Part shown: positions 1-8,512 of the stretch, piece by piece
Position numbering within the stretch: the first letter of the stretch is position 1
Layout of the letters: every line of letters begins with the position of its first letter
Sequence record: SRR31156797_1538
Length of the DNA stretch: 35,386 nucleotides
Strand: one strand, 5' to 3'
The notes under the pieces: model-generated
Told to the model about the DNA's origin: nothing
Database searches by the model: none
What the model saw: the letters and a program-made list of their open reading frames with translations, nothing else
Position numbers and translations under genes: made by a program

Positions 1-56
1 AGCTCGTCGGGCTCATAACCCGGAGGTCAGAGGTTCAAGTCCTCTCTCCGCAACCA
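1..56 (+). tRNA. tRNA-fMet (initiator, anticodon CAT), 5' end outside the window
   Basis: Anticodon arm TCGGG-CTCATAA-CCCGG with the three consecutive G-C pairs typical of initiator tRNA; T-arm AGAGG-TTCAAGT-CCTCT; encoded 3' ACCA at 53-56. Confidence 0.93.
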
Positions 57-61
57 AACTT

Positions 62-102
62 AATCCTTTTAAACAATATGTTTAAAGGGATTTTACTTTT
101 TT
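62..102 (+). terminator. Hairpin followed by a T-rich tract after the tRNA
   Basis: AATCCTTTTAAACA-ata-TGTTTAAAGGGATT (62-92, one G-U pair), then TTACTTTTTT. Confidence 0.6.
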
Positions 103-221
103 AGAGTACACACAAAAGTATACACTTTTAATTTTGCATCTAAATTATAATAGAAAATTTGTCGAGTTGTATTAGTAGTTTTATGTATTATATGTTTTAT
201 TTATTGAATTCCAATAAGAGA

Positions 222-1133
222 TTATAAAATTCTTTTAAAATTCTTCAGCTTAATAATATTATCTAGAGTAATTTTCGCTTTAATTTTTGGAATTTGTTCT
301 CTGAATTCGTTCTCATATCTATCCCAAACGTAATTCAATCTCCAGCTTCCATCGCTGTGCTGGGTTTCAATCAGATAATCAAGATTATCCTGAACTGCAT
401 TTGCGAAATATTCATATAATGGATCATACATTGATTCAAAGACATTTAAAGGTGTAAATACGTATGAAGGATATCTGCTTTGATCTAAACATAGATTATC
501 CTCTAATCTAGGGTGTAGGAATCTAGCAAAGGTTTTAGCTTTAGAATCTGGCAGAATTCTGGTTAGTTTCATCAGGCATATAATTTCATGCATACTATTA
601 CAGTTATCAGGATTAAGCAGATGTGAGTAGCATTTATCCAACAGATTATGCGCAAATCGTCTGTATATACCTGTTCCTAGTAAATAGAAATAGCCCGCTA
701 TCTCGGCTGTAGGATTCAGAGTAAAGATTTCATCATGTTCATACTCATATTCCCACCAAACAGCTCTTGGTTTAGAATTTACATGAATATTGATGCACTG
801 CCATCCGCCGTTGTGACATTGGGAGTTTACTAAGAAATTAAGCGCATTTGAGGTAATGTGATTATCTATATTAAGTTTGATTTGTCTAATAATATCAAGC
901 CCAATTGTAGTGGATAGGGGAGTGGAACCTTCATACAAAAAATCTAGCTCCAGACCTTTTCCAAAACCACCATCTTCATTAATATAATTTGACAATGTAT
1001 TTATCAGACTATACTGGCTAGCTCTTCCAAAATAAAAATTGCACAAAGCCATATCTATATCTCGACCATTTGCCTGAATATAGTCTATTGCCTTGTGCAA
1101 GTTATATCTCTTTAACCTGTAAGGGTATCTCAT
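222..1133 (-). CDS. Conserved hypothetical protein, prenyltransferase/squalene-cyclase-like alpha-alpha toroid repeats
   Basis: 303 aa ORF with QW-like repeats (INEDGGFG, SQCHNGGW, TQHSDGSW) and PRAVWW...NPTAEIAG motifs recalled from Firmicute hypotheticals; 19 bp downstream of mreB/mbl. Confidence 0.65.
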   Translation of the reverse strand: MRYPYRLKRYNLHKAIDYIQANGRDIDMALCNFYFGRASQYSLINTLSNYINEDGGFGKGLELDFLYEGSTPLSTTIGLDIIRQIKLNIDNHITSNALNFLVNSQCHNGGWQCINIHVNSKPRAVWWEYEYEHDEIFTLNPTAEIAGYFYLLGTGIYRRFAHNLLDKCYSHLLNPDNCNSMHEIICLMKLTRILPDSKAKTFARFLHPRLEDNLCLDQSRYPSYVFTPLNVFESMYDPLYEYFANAVQDNLDYLIETQHSDGSWRLNYVWDRYENEFREQIPKIKAKITLDNIIKLKNFKRIL

Positions 1134-1152
1134 TTTCTACTTCTTTATTAAT

Positions 1153-2148
1153 TTATTGGTTTTTGTTTGAATTACTCATCTCTAATGCTCTGCCTGTACC
1201 GATTGCAACGCATGAAATTGCATCCTCAGCTACAGAGCAAGGTACTCTGGTATATTGTTGTATTCTCATATCAAGACCGTACAGGAGTGCACCTCCGCCT
1301 GTCATGACTATACCTCTGTCGTAGATATCGCTTGCAATTTCTGGAGGAGTGTTCTCCAGAACATTGTGAACGGCTTCCAAAACGGCTTGTACAGGTTCAT
1401 CCAATGCTTCTATCATTTCATCTGAACCAATACTGATAGTTTTGGGTAGACCAGATACTAGATTTCGTCCAGTTACTTCCATAAATATTGTTTCTTTTCT
1501 TGGAAAAGTAGCACCAATATTAATTTTCAATTCTTCAGCGGTACGTTCACCTATTAAAAGATTATGCTTTTTCTTCATGTATTTAATGATTGCTTCATCA
1601 AACTTATCACCGGCAACCTTTATGCTGTCTGAAACTACAGTACCATTTAATGAAATAACTGCTATATCGCAAGTACCACCGCCAATATCAATTATCATTG
1701 ATCCATATGGCTTTGATATATCAATACCTGCACCTATCGCTGCTGCTATTGGTTCTTCAATAAGCAGAACTTCTCTAGCGCCTGCATCCTCTGTAGCATC
1801 TCGAACTGAACGTTTCTCTACCTCAGTTACTCCAGTTGGAACACATACAACAACTTTTGGCTTGAAGAAAAACTTCTTACCAACAACTTTATTTAAAAAA
1901 TACCTAAGCATTTTTTCTGTCATCTCATAATCTGATATTACACCATCACGCAGTGGCCTTACAGCAACAATATCCTCTGGCGTTCTGCCTAACATACGCC
2001 GTGCTTCTTCGCCTACTGCCAGTACTCTGCCGGTTTTTTTGTGCGCTGCAACAACGGAAGGCTCTTTTAAAACAATACCTTTCCCCTTAACATACACCAA
2101 TACACTTGCTGTACCTAAATCTATACCAATATCATGACTGCCGAACAT
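1153..2148 (-). CDS. mreB: Rod shape-determining actin-like protein, MreB/Mbl family (no adjacent mreCD, so probably the Mbl-type paralogue)
   Basis: DIGIDLGTAS, EPSVVA, RPLRDGVISD, IEEPIAAAIGAG, DIGGGT, TGGGALL; GGAGG RBS upstream. Confidence 0.95.
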   Translation of the reverse strand: MFGSHDIGIDLGTASVLVYVKGKGIVLKEPSVVAAHKKTGRVLAVGEEARRMLGRTPEDIVAVRPLRDGVISDYEMTEKMLRYFLNKVVGKKFFFKPKVVVCVPTGVTEVEKRSVRDATEDAGAREVLLIEEPIAAAIGAGIDISKPYGSMIIDIGGGTCDIAVISLNGTVVSDSIKVAGDKFDEAIIKYMKKKHNLLIGERTAEELKINIGATFPRKETIFMEVTGRNLVSGLPKTISIGSDEMIEALDEPVQAVLEAVHNVLENTPPEIASDIYDRGIVMTGGGALLYGLDMRIQQYTRVPCSVAEDAISCVAIGTGRALEMSNSNKNQ

Positions 2149-2267
2149 TCAATTTCCTCCACAAGGCTATATCTATCTTATGATAATATAATAGTAATCT
2201 TATTTTTCTCTTATAATTATAACGAATTTTCTGCAAATATTAAAATATGCATAAATAGCTACACTAT

Positions 2268-2296
2268 ATTTTAATGCAATATTGTGTAAACGTCAA
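2268..2296 (-). promoter_or_regulatory. Putative SigA promoter for mreB/mbl
   Basis: Minus strand reads TTGACG-N17-TAAAAT. Confidence 0.55.
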
Positions 2297-2433
2297 GATA
2301 TATTAAATCAGTAAATTGTTTAACAGTAAAATACAATTCATGACTTAATGTGCAATAAATAGTGCAATATGGATATGTAGTAATAGACCAGAATTAGTAT
2401 TACCAGAGTAAATTATGTAGAATAAATTAATTA

Positions 2434-3774
2434 CTACTCTTTTTTAATCATTTTAAGGAATGTCTTAACTAACTCCGGATCAAATTGTGAACCTGTACAT
2501 GCTTTTATTTCTGCAATTGCTTCTTGGTTTGTCATTTTATTAATTATATATGGACCATTAAGCATAGTATCATATGAATCAACCAATGCAACTATTCTAG
2601 CAAGCAGCGGAATTTCCTCACCTGCCAGTCCAGATGGATATCCTGTACCATCGTATCTTTCGTGATGATGCAGTACTATTTCTGCTACATTGAACAAGTC
2701 TCCCAAACCAAATATTATTCTATAGCTTGTAACAGGATGAAGTTTCACTACTTCCCATTCTTCTTCAGTAAGACGTCCTTCCTTGCCAAGGATTTCATCA
2801 GGCACTGCCACCTTACCAATGTCATGAAGTTCTGCCGCAATTGACAGCGTGTTTAGCTGCTCATGAGACAAAGATAATTCATCACCAAGTGTCAGAGCTA
2901 GTCCTTTAACTCTTGAAATATGAGCGGCAGTTTCAAAGTTTTTCTTTGATAAGTAATTCTTTAGATTTTGTATTATTGAAGCATTATATTTAGCACTTTC
3001 TACTATTCTGTTTGCGTATAATTCCTGTTCAGCTTTTCTCATGATCAGTTTTGTATTTTGATCCATGCTTTCTTTGATAGTGATTCCTATAGAGAAGCTA
3101 GGAGGTATCATGGATTCTGTCTCTTCTTTACACATCTCATCAATACGCTCTACAATTTTTTTATATCCATCTTTTCCGGTTTTAGGACAAATAAGCAGAA
3201 ACTCATCACCATTCATTCTAAAGAGCTTACAGGTTTCATCAGAAGCACTTTTTATTATTGTAGCACATTTTTGCAGCAGTGTATCGCCTTCGTTGTACCC
3301 AAAAGCATCATTGGTTAATTTTACGCCATTGACATCAAACATAATAAAAGAAATCGGCAGATTAGCTTCATTATCTAATATGTCTAATACGCTGTCCAGA
3401 TCATCACGACGCAGGGATTTCGTCAGTAAGTCAAACTTAGATTCCATATTTTCACTGCGCTTTTTCTCATACTCTTGTGTATAATCCTTAATACACAAGA
3501 AAGTAAAACCTTCCTGACATACTTTTGATATTTGTCCCCACTTAATTGGAAGTTCAGGATTGAATATTGCGAAGATATCTACTAGTTTATTATCTTCGCT
3601 ATCTATGAGAGCATCCATCTTTTCAAAATCAATCTGCGAAATCATTCCATATACATTGTCATCATCGAATTTGAAACTCTCACTATTTGACAGAATATCA
3701 CCATCAGTATTTATGTTTATTACATAATCATAAACTAATGAAAGCGTTTTTATAATTTTATCTTCGTTACTCAT
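2434..3774 (-). CDS. GGDEF (variant NGDEF) plus HD-GYP c-di-GMP signalling protein
   Basis: DVNGVKLTNDAFG...EGD and RMNGDEF, followed by LHDIGK, HHERYDGTGYP and VDSYDTM. Confidence 0.9.
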   Translation of the reverse strand: MSNEDKIIKTLSLVYDYVININTDGDILSNSESFKFDDDNVYGMISQIDFEKMDALIDSEDNKLVDIFAIFNPELPIKWGQISKVCQEGFTFLCIKDYTQEYEKKRSENMESKFDLLTKSLRRDDLDSVLDILDNEANLPISFIMFDVNGVKLTNDAFGYNEGDTLLQKCATIIKSASDETCKLFRMNGDEFLLICPKTGKDGYKKIVERIDEMCKEETESMIPPSFSIGITIKESMDQNTKLIMRKAEQELYANRIVESAKYNASIIQNLKNYLSKKNFETAAHISRVKGLALTLGDELSLSHEQLNTLSIAAELHDIGKVAVPDEILGKEGRLTEEEWEVVKLHPVTSYRIIFGLGDLFNVAEIVLHHHERYDGTGYPSGLAGEEIPLLARIVALVDSYDTMLNGPYIINKMTNQEAIAEIKACTGSQFDPELVKTFLKMIKKE

Positions 3775-3812
3775 TGTATGCCTTTCTTTTTTTACTTTGA
3801 TATAAAGTTAAA

Positions 3813-5192
3813 TCATGATTTGCTGCACAAAATATTATTTACTTTTTGAATGTCTCCAGCACCAAAAGTTATGATTAGATCGTTACTGGTACTATTTGTC
3901 AATGCCTCGTTGGCAGCTTTTTGGAAGCTGTCTGCATATTTGCACACAATGTTTTTGTTAGATTCAGTGATTGCATTTACTAAATCAGTTGCATGAATGT
4001 TGCCAGGATTTTTTTCTCTAGCAGCATAAATATCAGTGATTATCAAGACATCAGTATCATCGAATGATTTAGCGAAATCACTTAGTAATTCTCGTGTTCT
4101 GGAATATGTATGAGGCTGAAATACACATATTAATTTTCCTTTTGTTCGTTTTTTTGCAGCCTTTATGTTCACTTTTACTTCCCTAGGATGATGAGCATAG
4201 TCATGGTATACAACAGCACCATTTTCTGCATTTCCAGTTAATTCAAAACGTCTTTTTGCACCTGAGTACTTGCCAACTGCTTTGCATGCAGATTCAATAT
4301 CGCATCCACAGTAAATGGCTGCAGCTATTGCTGCTAATGCATTGTAAACATGATGCTTGCCGGGTACCCCTAGACTTACTTTATAGACTTTAGCATTGTT
4401 CATCAAATCAAAACTATAACATGCATCATCACTTTCTATAAGATTTATTGCAGTATATTCAGATTTGTTTTCCACACCAAACGTTATTATTGGACATTTG
4501 TGTCCTTTTATTGCCTTATAAATATTTTTATCATCATTATTGATAATAACAACGCCACCAGAGGGTAATTTGCATATGTATGTATTAAATGACTCAATTA
4601 TTTGCTCTAAATCTTTGAAATAATCCAAATGATCTTCATCAATATTTAGTACTATAGCTCCATCTAAACATAGTCTGTGATAGTTATCTTTGTACTCACA
4701 TGCTTCAGCGACAAAAATGTCACCACCAGTTTTTGTAGCACCACCTATTATTTCTAGTTCACCGCCAATATGGACAGTAGGGTCAATACCACATAATTCT
4801 AATATAGTAACAAGCATTGAAGAACAAGTTGTTTTTCCATGGGTTCCGGATACACCAAAAGCAATTTTCGACGATTCCATTAGTTGTGACAGAAGCTCTG
4901 TTCTCTCCATAACCGGAATGTTAGCTTGTCTAGCATCCATCAATTCTACATTAGTTTCAGGTATTGCCGAGTTTTTTACTATTAAGTCAGCACCTTCCTG
5001 TTGCCCTTTAGCATGGGGAGAAAAGCATTTAGCTCCTAGTTCTTCAAGTTCCTCAAAGTATTGAGAGTAATTCATATCAGAGCCGCTAATCTTATAACCC
5101 TTAGCTAAAAGCATTTTTGCAAGTCCGTGCATTGATATGCCGCCGATTCCGATGAAGTGTACTTTTTTGCCAGCAAAACTTTCTATATTCAT
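3813..5192 (-). CDS. murC: UDP-N-acetylmuramate--L-alanine ligase
   Basis: HFIGIGGISM, GTHGKTT, EACEY, DHLDYF, RRFE, DYAHHP, FQPHTYSRT. Start moved to ATG 5192, which has a GAAAGGT RBS. Confidence 0.96.
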   Translation of the reverse strand: MNIESFAGKKVHFIGIGGISMHGLAKMLLAKGYKISGSDMNYSQYFEELEELGAKCFSPHAKGQQEGADLIVKNSAIPETNVELMDARQANIPVMERTELLSQLMESSKIAFGVSGTHGKTTCSSMLVTILELCGIDPTVHIGGELEIIGGATKTGGDIFVAEACEYKDNYHRLCLDGAIVLNIDEDHLDYFKDLEQIIESFNTYICKLPSGGVVIINNDDKNIYKAIKGHKCPIITFGVENKSEYTAINLIESDDACYSFDLMNNAKVYKVSLGVPGKHHVYNALAAIAAAIYCGCDIESACKAVGKYSGAKRRFELTGNAENGAVVYHDYAHHPREVKVNIKAAKKRTKGKLICVFQPHTYSRTRELLSDFAKSFDDTDVLIITDIYAAREKNPGNIHATDLVNAITESNKNIVCKYADSFQKAANEALTNSTSNDLIITFGAGDIQKVNNILCSKS

Positions 5193-5349
5193 ATAAGACC
5201 TTTCGATTATACTATTACACATAAATATATTTCAATTATATACTATGTGGAATTCAATGGCAACATTCTTGTTATGAAAGCTAAACAATTAGAAGAAATG
5301 CATATAATTTCCTGAATATTTTAAGCTACTATTTTATCTTAATAAATTT

Positions 5350-5377
5350 CACAAAAACATGCTTCTTATCATAATAT
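5350..5377 (+). promoter_or_regulatory. Putative SigK (late mother-cell) promoter
   Basis: cACa-N16-CATAataT matches the SigK consensus mACm-N16-CATA---T; AAAGGAGG RBS downstream. Confidence 0.6.
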
Positions 5378-5423
5378 ATAAAGAAAATGTTTTACATTTA
5401 CTAAGTGTAAAGGAGGAAAAGAA

Positions 5424-6152
5424 ATGTCCTTTTATTCAATGAGAAATGCTTGTGGTACAGTAAGCCCAGGTCAGGTAGATGAAGAGGCTACAACAGCATG
5501 CCATCATATAAGAGAAAGAGTTTGCATCGAGGTTAAGAAAGTATACGATTCATGTATGCAGCAGGAAAGACTTGAGGATGTTAACATATGTGTAGAACAC
5601 ATACATCCAAAATGTATAATGCCAGCACCACCTTTTAATTTCGTAAGCTGTCGCTCAAAATCTACTAAAGGCAAGATGTGTGGACTTGAAATTACTCGTA
5701 TACCTGGAAGAGACAACTTTGCTAGAGTCAGGGTAACAATTATAATTCCTATTGAGGTTGTTTTCATTGACAACAATGGTCAGGAATTTATTGGTACTTC
5801 TCATATTAGAGTAAATAAAGATGTAATACTTTATGTACCAAACGAGTCTATCATTCCTGTTGAAATAGACAATCTGGTTAGTGCAATTTGCGTATCAGGC
5901 ACATACTTAGGTGAAGATTGTTTTGATATTACAATTTGTGTAACAATCATTCTAAAAGTTGTTGCAGATGTTAACCTATTAGTACCTGCATACGGTTTCT
6001 GCCCAATTCCACCATGTGAGGAATTCGCAGAAAATGTTTGTGACGAGTTCTTTGGTCTGCCAATCTTCCCAGAAGAACTTGCAAGCGAGAATCCAGGTCC
6101 GAATCCTGGACCTGGCCCAAATCCCGGTCCTGGTCCAAGATGTGGTTGTTAA
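5424..6152 (+). CDS. Cysteine-rich protein, probable spore coat/exosporium component
   Basis: 242 aa, many Cys; VCIEVKKVYDSC and LLVPAYGFCPIPPC motifs recalled from a clostridial hypothetical family; strong RBS, SigK-like promoter and its own terminator. Function is inferred. Confidence 0.65.
   Translation: MSFYSMRNACGTVSPGQVDEEATTACHHIRERVCIEVKKVYDSCMQQERLEDVNICVEHIHPKCIMPAPPFNFVSCRSKSTKGKMCGLEITRIPGRDNFARVRVTIIIPIEVVFIDNNGQEFIGTSHIRVNKDVILYVPNESIIPVEIDNLVSAICVSGTYLGEDCFDITICVTIILKVVADVNLLVPAYGFCPIPPCEEFAENVCDEFFGLPIFPEELASENPGPNPGPGPNPGPGPRCGC
6090..6137 (+). repeat. Coding Pro/Gly repeat NPGPNPGPGPNPGPGP
   Basis: Visible in the translation; codons differ between copies. Confidence 0.85.
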
Positions 6153-6171
6153 ACTACAACAAACAAGCTTT

Positions 6172-6199
6172 AATGACACCCCTATTATGGGGTGTTGTT
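6172..6199 (+). terminator. Hairpin terminator after the Cys-rich gene
   Basis: AATGACACCCC-tattat-GGGGTGTTGTT. Confidence 0.7.
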
Positions 6200-6453
6200 A
6201 ACTATATGCAAATATTAAGAAAAATTTATTGATATATTTTATATATAAAAATTAGTATATATAACACTTGATATACTTAAATCAGTAGCACTATAGTTAT
6301 TCTTTTTAGTAAACTAGCGATAAAGATTTTCATTGAATAAAGATAATTACGAATAAGATGAAAGAATTATTGAGAGAATTATGGAAACTTTGCTGTTATT
6401 TTACTGGTATTTATTATTATAATATTTCTAGTGCCAATGCTATATCTATACAA

Positions 6454-6575
6454 ATTTGCTGTTATGAATGTTCCACAATCTATTCCGTTTCACCAGTTAC
6501 TATTCCTTGCTTCATGCATCTTATAACTATTTCATAAAATATTTATCTAAATACCGTTGTTCCATTGAAACGCCT
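6454..6575 (-). pseudogene. Decayed IS1182-family (DDE) transposase fragment
   Basis: Manual minus-strand translation gives RRFNGTTVFR*IFYEIVIRCMKQGIVTGET and, after a frameshift, IDCGTFITAN. This resembles the recalled IS1182 segment RRRF....F..IF.EIV.QC.E.GLV.G....D(G/S)T.I.AN. Confidence 0.6.
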
Positions 6576-6581
6576 AGCTTT

Positions 6582-6614
6582 AAAGCATCCGTATATTAGC
6601 TATATAGATGCTTT
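6582..6614 (-). terminator. Hairpin downstream of pepF
   Basis: AAAGCATC...GATGCTTT inverted repeat, about 30 bp past the pepF stop. Confidence 0.5.
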
Positions 6615-6641
6615 TATAATGTTATTGTTATTGAAGAATTA

Positions 6642-8432
6642 TTATAGCATTCTGCTTTTTGCTAATTTGCAGAACAAATCTATATCCTCGGCTATTTCAT
6701 CTAGTGACTGCTTCCAAAAGGCTTTTTGTGTTATATCAATATCCATCATTTTTGCAACATCAGCAATTGAATTGCTGCCAGTAGCTGCCAGCATAGCATC
6801 ATAGTTCTCAATAAACGCTCTGCCAGTCTTTCTATATTCAGCATAAACTCCTTTACCAAATAATAAACCAAATGCATATGGCCAGTTGTAGTATGCCAAT
6901 TGAGAATAATAATAATGTGGTTTACATGCCCACATATACGGATGCATGTAATCTGAGTCTAAACCATCACCATAGGTTGCGGACTGAGCGTTAACCATTG
7001 CCGTTTTTATCTCTTCAATGCTCATACTGTGATCTTTTCTGGTATCTATTATATTGTTTTCAAATATAAATCTGCTCAAAATATCTACTATTACCTGAGA
7101 AGCTTCCATTAATTCTGCATCAAGGAGTGTAAACTTCTCTTCATCAGATGCAGTTTTAAATGCTGTCTTTGATACAAGCGTTTCATTAAATATTGATGCT
7201 GTCTCCGCAATTGGCATAGTATAATGCGTATTTAAGAAAGGAATATTTTTCAAGCAATGACCGTGATAAGCATGACCTAATTCATGTGCTAATGTAGACA
7301 CTTGTGAGAAGCTTCCATCAAAATTTGACAATATTCTGCTTTCGCCTATGACCCATAGATTAGCACAGAATGCACCACCAGATTTACCTGGACGTGATTC
7401 TGCATCAATCCATCTGTTTTTGAATGCATTATCTACGAAGTCGGACATTTTTTTTGAGAAGCTTTTGAATGTGTTTACTAGGAATTCATGAGCCTCATTA
7501 TAGGTAAATCGCATACTGCTATTACCAATAGGTGCGAACAAATCATAGAATGGCAATCCATTTTTGTGTCCGAGCAATAAGGCTTTGGCTTTAAAGTACT
7601 CTCTGAATTTTGGAAGTGAATCATGCATAGCTTCTAGCATTAAATCCAGAATATCTTTTGTAATCCTAGAGTCCTTTATTGTTTTATCCAATAATGAGTC
7701 ATATCCTCTTAATTCACATAATGTATTCCCCTCACCCTTAATTGCGTTTAAACAATGGGCTAAAGGAATTTCTACTTTTGGATATGCAGCTAATTCAGCT
7801 TCATAACCTCTTTTTCTCTCCAGTTTATCTTGACTATATGCCATATTTCTGACAATGGGTAATGGAAGCGACTTGTCCTCATTATCAACTTTGATACCTA
7901 CCATCATAGTGCCATCAATCATTTCTCTTAACCTTGTGAATGCATTTGCACCAGTTGTAGAAAGCTTAGCAATTATTGGTTCGACTTCTTCGGATAATAG
8001 ATGCAGTGACTGTTCTTTCATTTCACTAATGATAAATCTAAACTCTTTTATCTGGTCATCTGATTCTATTATAGTATCCAGATCATTAATCTGCCCGATA
8101 AATCTTATAAACATGGTATCAAGATTTTTAAAATCTATCATGATTTTTTCTAATTTATCATAATTGACAAGAGCAGTTTCATTGGTTGCATCAGTAGACA
8201 GAGTTAACTGTATGAATTCTTCCATTTTTGAGCTTAATAAACTGATTTTTTCTAGGCTACTAAGTATCCTGCTTATCTTTTGCTGAGCTAAATCTGTAGA
8301 CTTTAGTTCACTTTTTGCCCATATGGTTTCATTGCTAATTAGTTGAATAAGTTCGTTTTTGTCATTTTCGAATTCCACAGAATCGAAGGAGCTATATAGT
8401 TTAGATAAATCCCATCTCATTGATAATGACAT
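6642..8432 (-). CDS. pepF: Oligoendopeptidase F (peptidase M3B)
   Basis: N-terminal WDLSKLY, WID..SRPGKSGGAFC, zinc motif HELGH, AETASIF, YYNWPYAFG. Start moved to ATG 8432 (AGGAGG RBS). Confidence 0.92.
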   Translation of the reverse strand: MSLSMRWDLSKLYSSFDSVEFENDKNELIQLISNETIWAKSELKSTDLAQQKISRILSSLEKISLLSSKMEEFIQLTLSTDATNETALVNYDKLEKIMIDFKNLDTMFIRFIGQINDLDTIIESDDQIKEFRFIISEMKEQSLHLLSEEVEPIIAKLSTTGANAFTRLREMIDGTMMVGIKVDNEDKSLPLPIVRNMAYSQDKLERKRGYEAELAAYPKVEIPLAHCLNAIKGEGNTLCELRGYDSLLDKTIKDSRITKDILDLMLEAMHDSLPKFREYFKAKALLLGHKNGLPFYDLFAPIGNSSMRFTYNEAHEFLVNTFKSFSKKMSDFVDNAFKNRWIDAESRPGKSGGAFCANLWVIGESRILSNFDGSFSQVSTLAHELGHAYHGHCLKNIPFLNTHYTMPIAETASIFNETLVSKTAFKTASDEEKFTLLDAELMEASQVIVDILSRFIFENNIIDTRKDHSMSIEEIKTAMVNAQSATYGDGLDSDYMHPYMWACKPHYYYSQLAYYNWPYAFGLLFGKGVYAEYRKTGRAFIENYDAMLAATGSNSIADVAKMMDIDITQKAFWKQSLDEIAEDIDLFCKLAKSRML

Positions 8433-8512
8433 ATCTACCTCCTGAGTACTTATTATTTTTATGAAAAGTAATTTAGTCAAATATATTTAACTAAATTTAA
8501 AAAATTAATTAT

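Noticed and set aside
2225..2239. CodY-box-like AATTTTCTGCAAATA (similar site at about 5307-5321)
   Set aside because: Two mismatches in very AT-rich DNA are expected by chance, and codY is not in its usual position in this window.
6358..6537. 59-aa plus-strand Cys-containing ORF (MKELLRELWKLCCYF...)
   Set aside because: No convincing RBS; better explained as the antisense of the decayed transposase fragment.
6565..6804. 79-aa plus-strand ORF in the track
   Set aside because: Spans the pepF terminator and is antisense to the pepF 3' end; no RBS.
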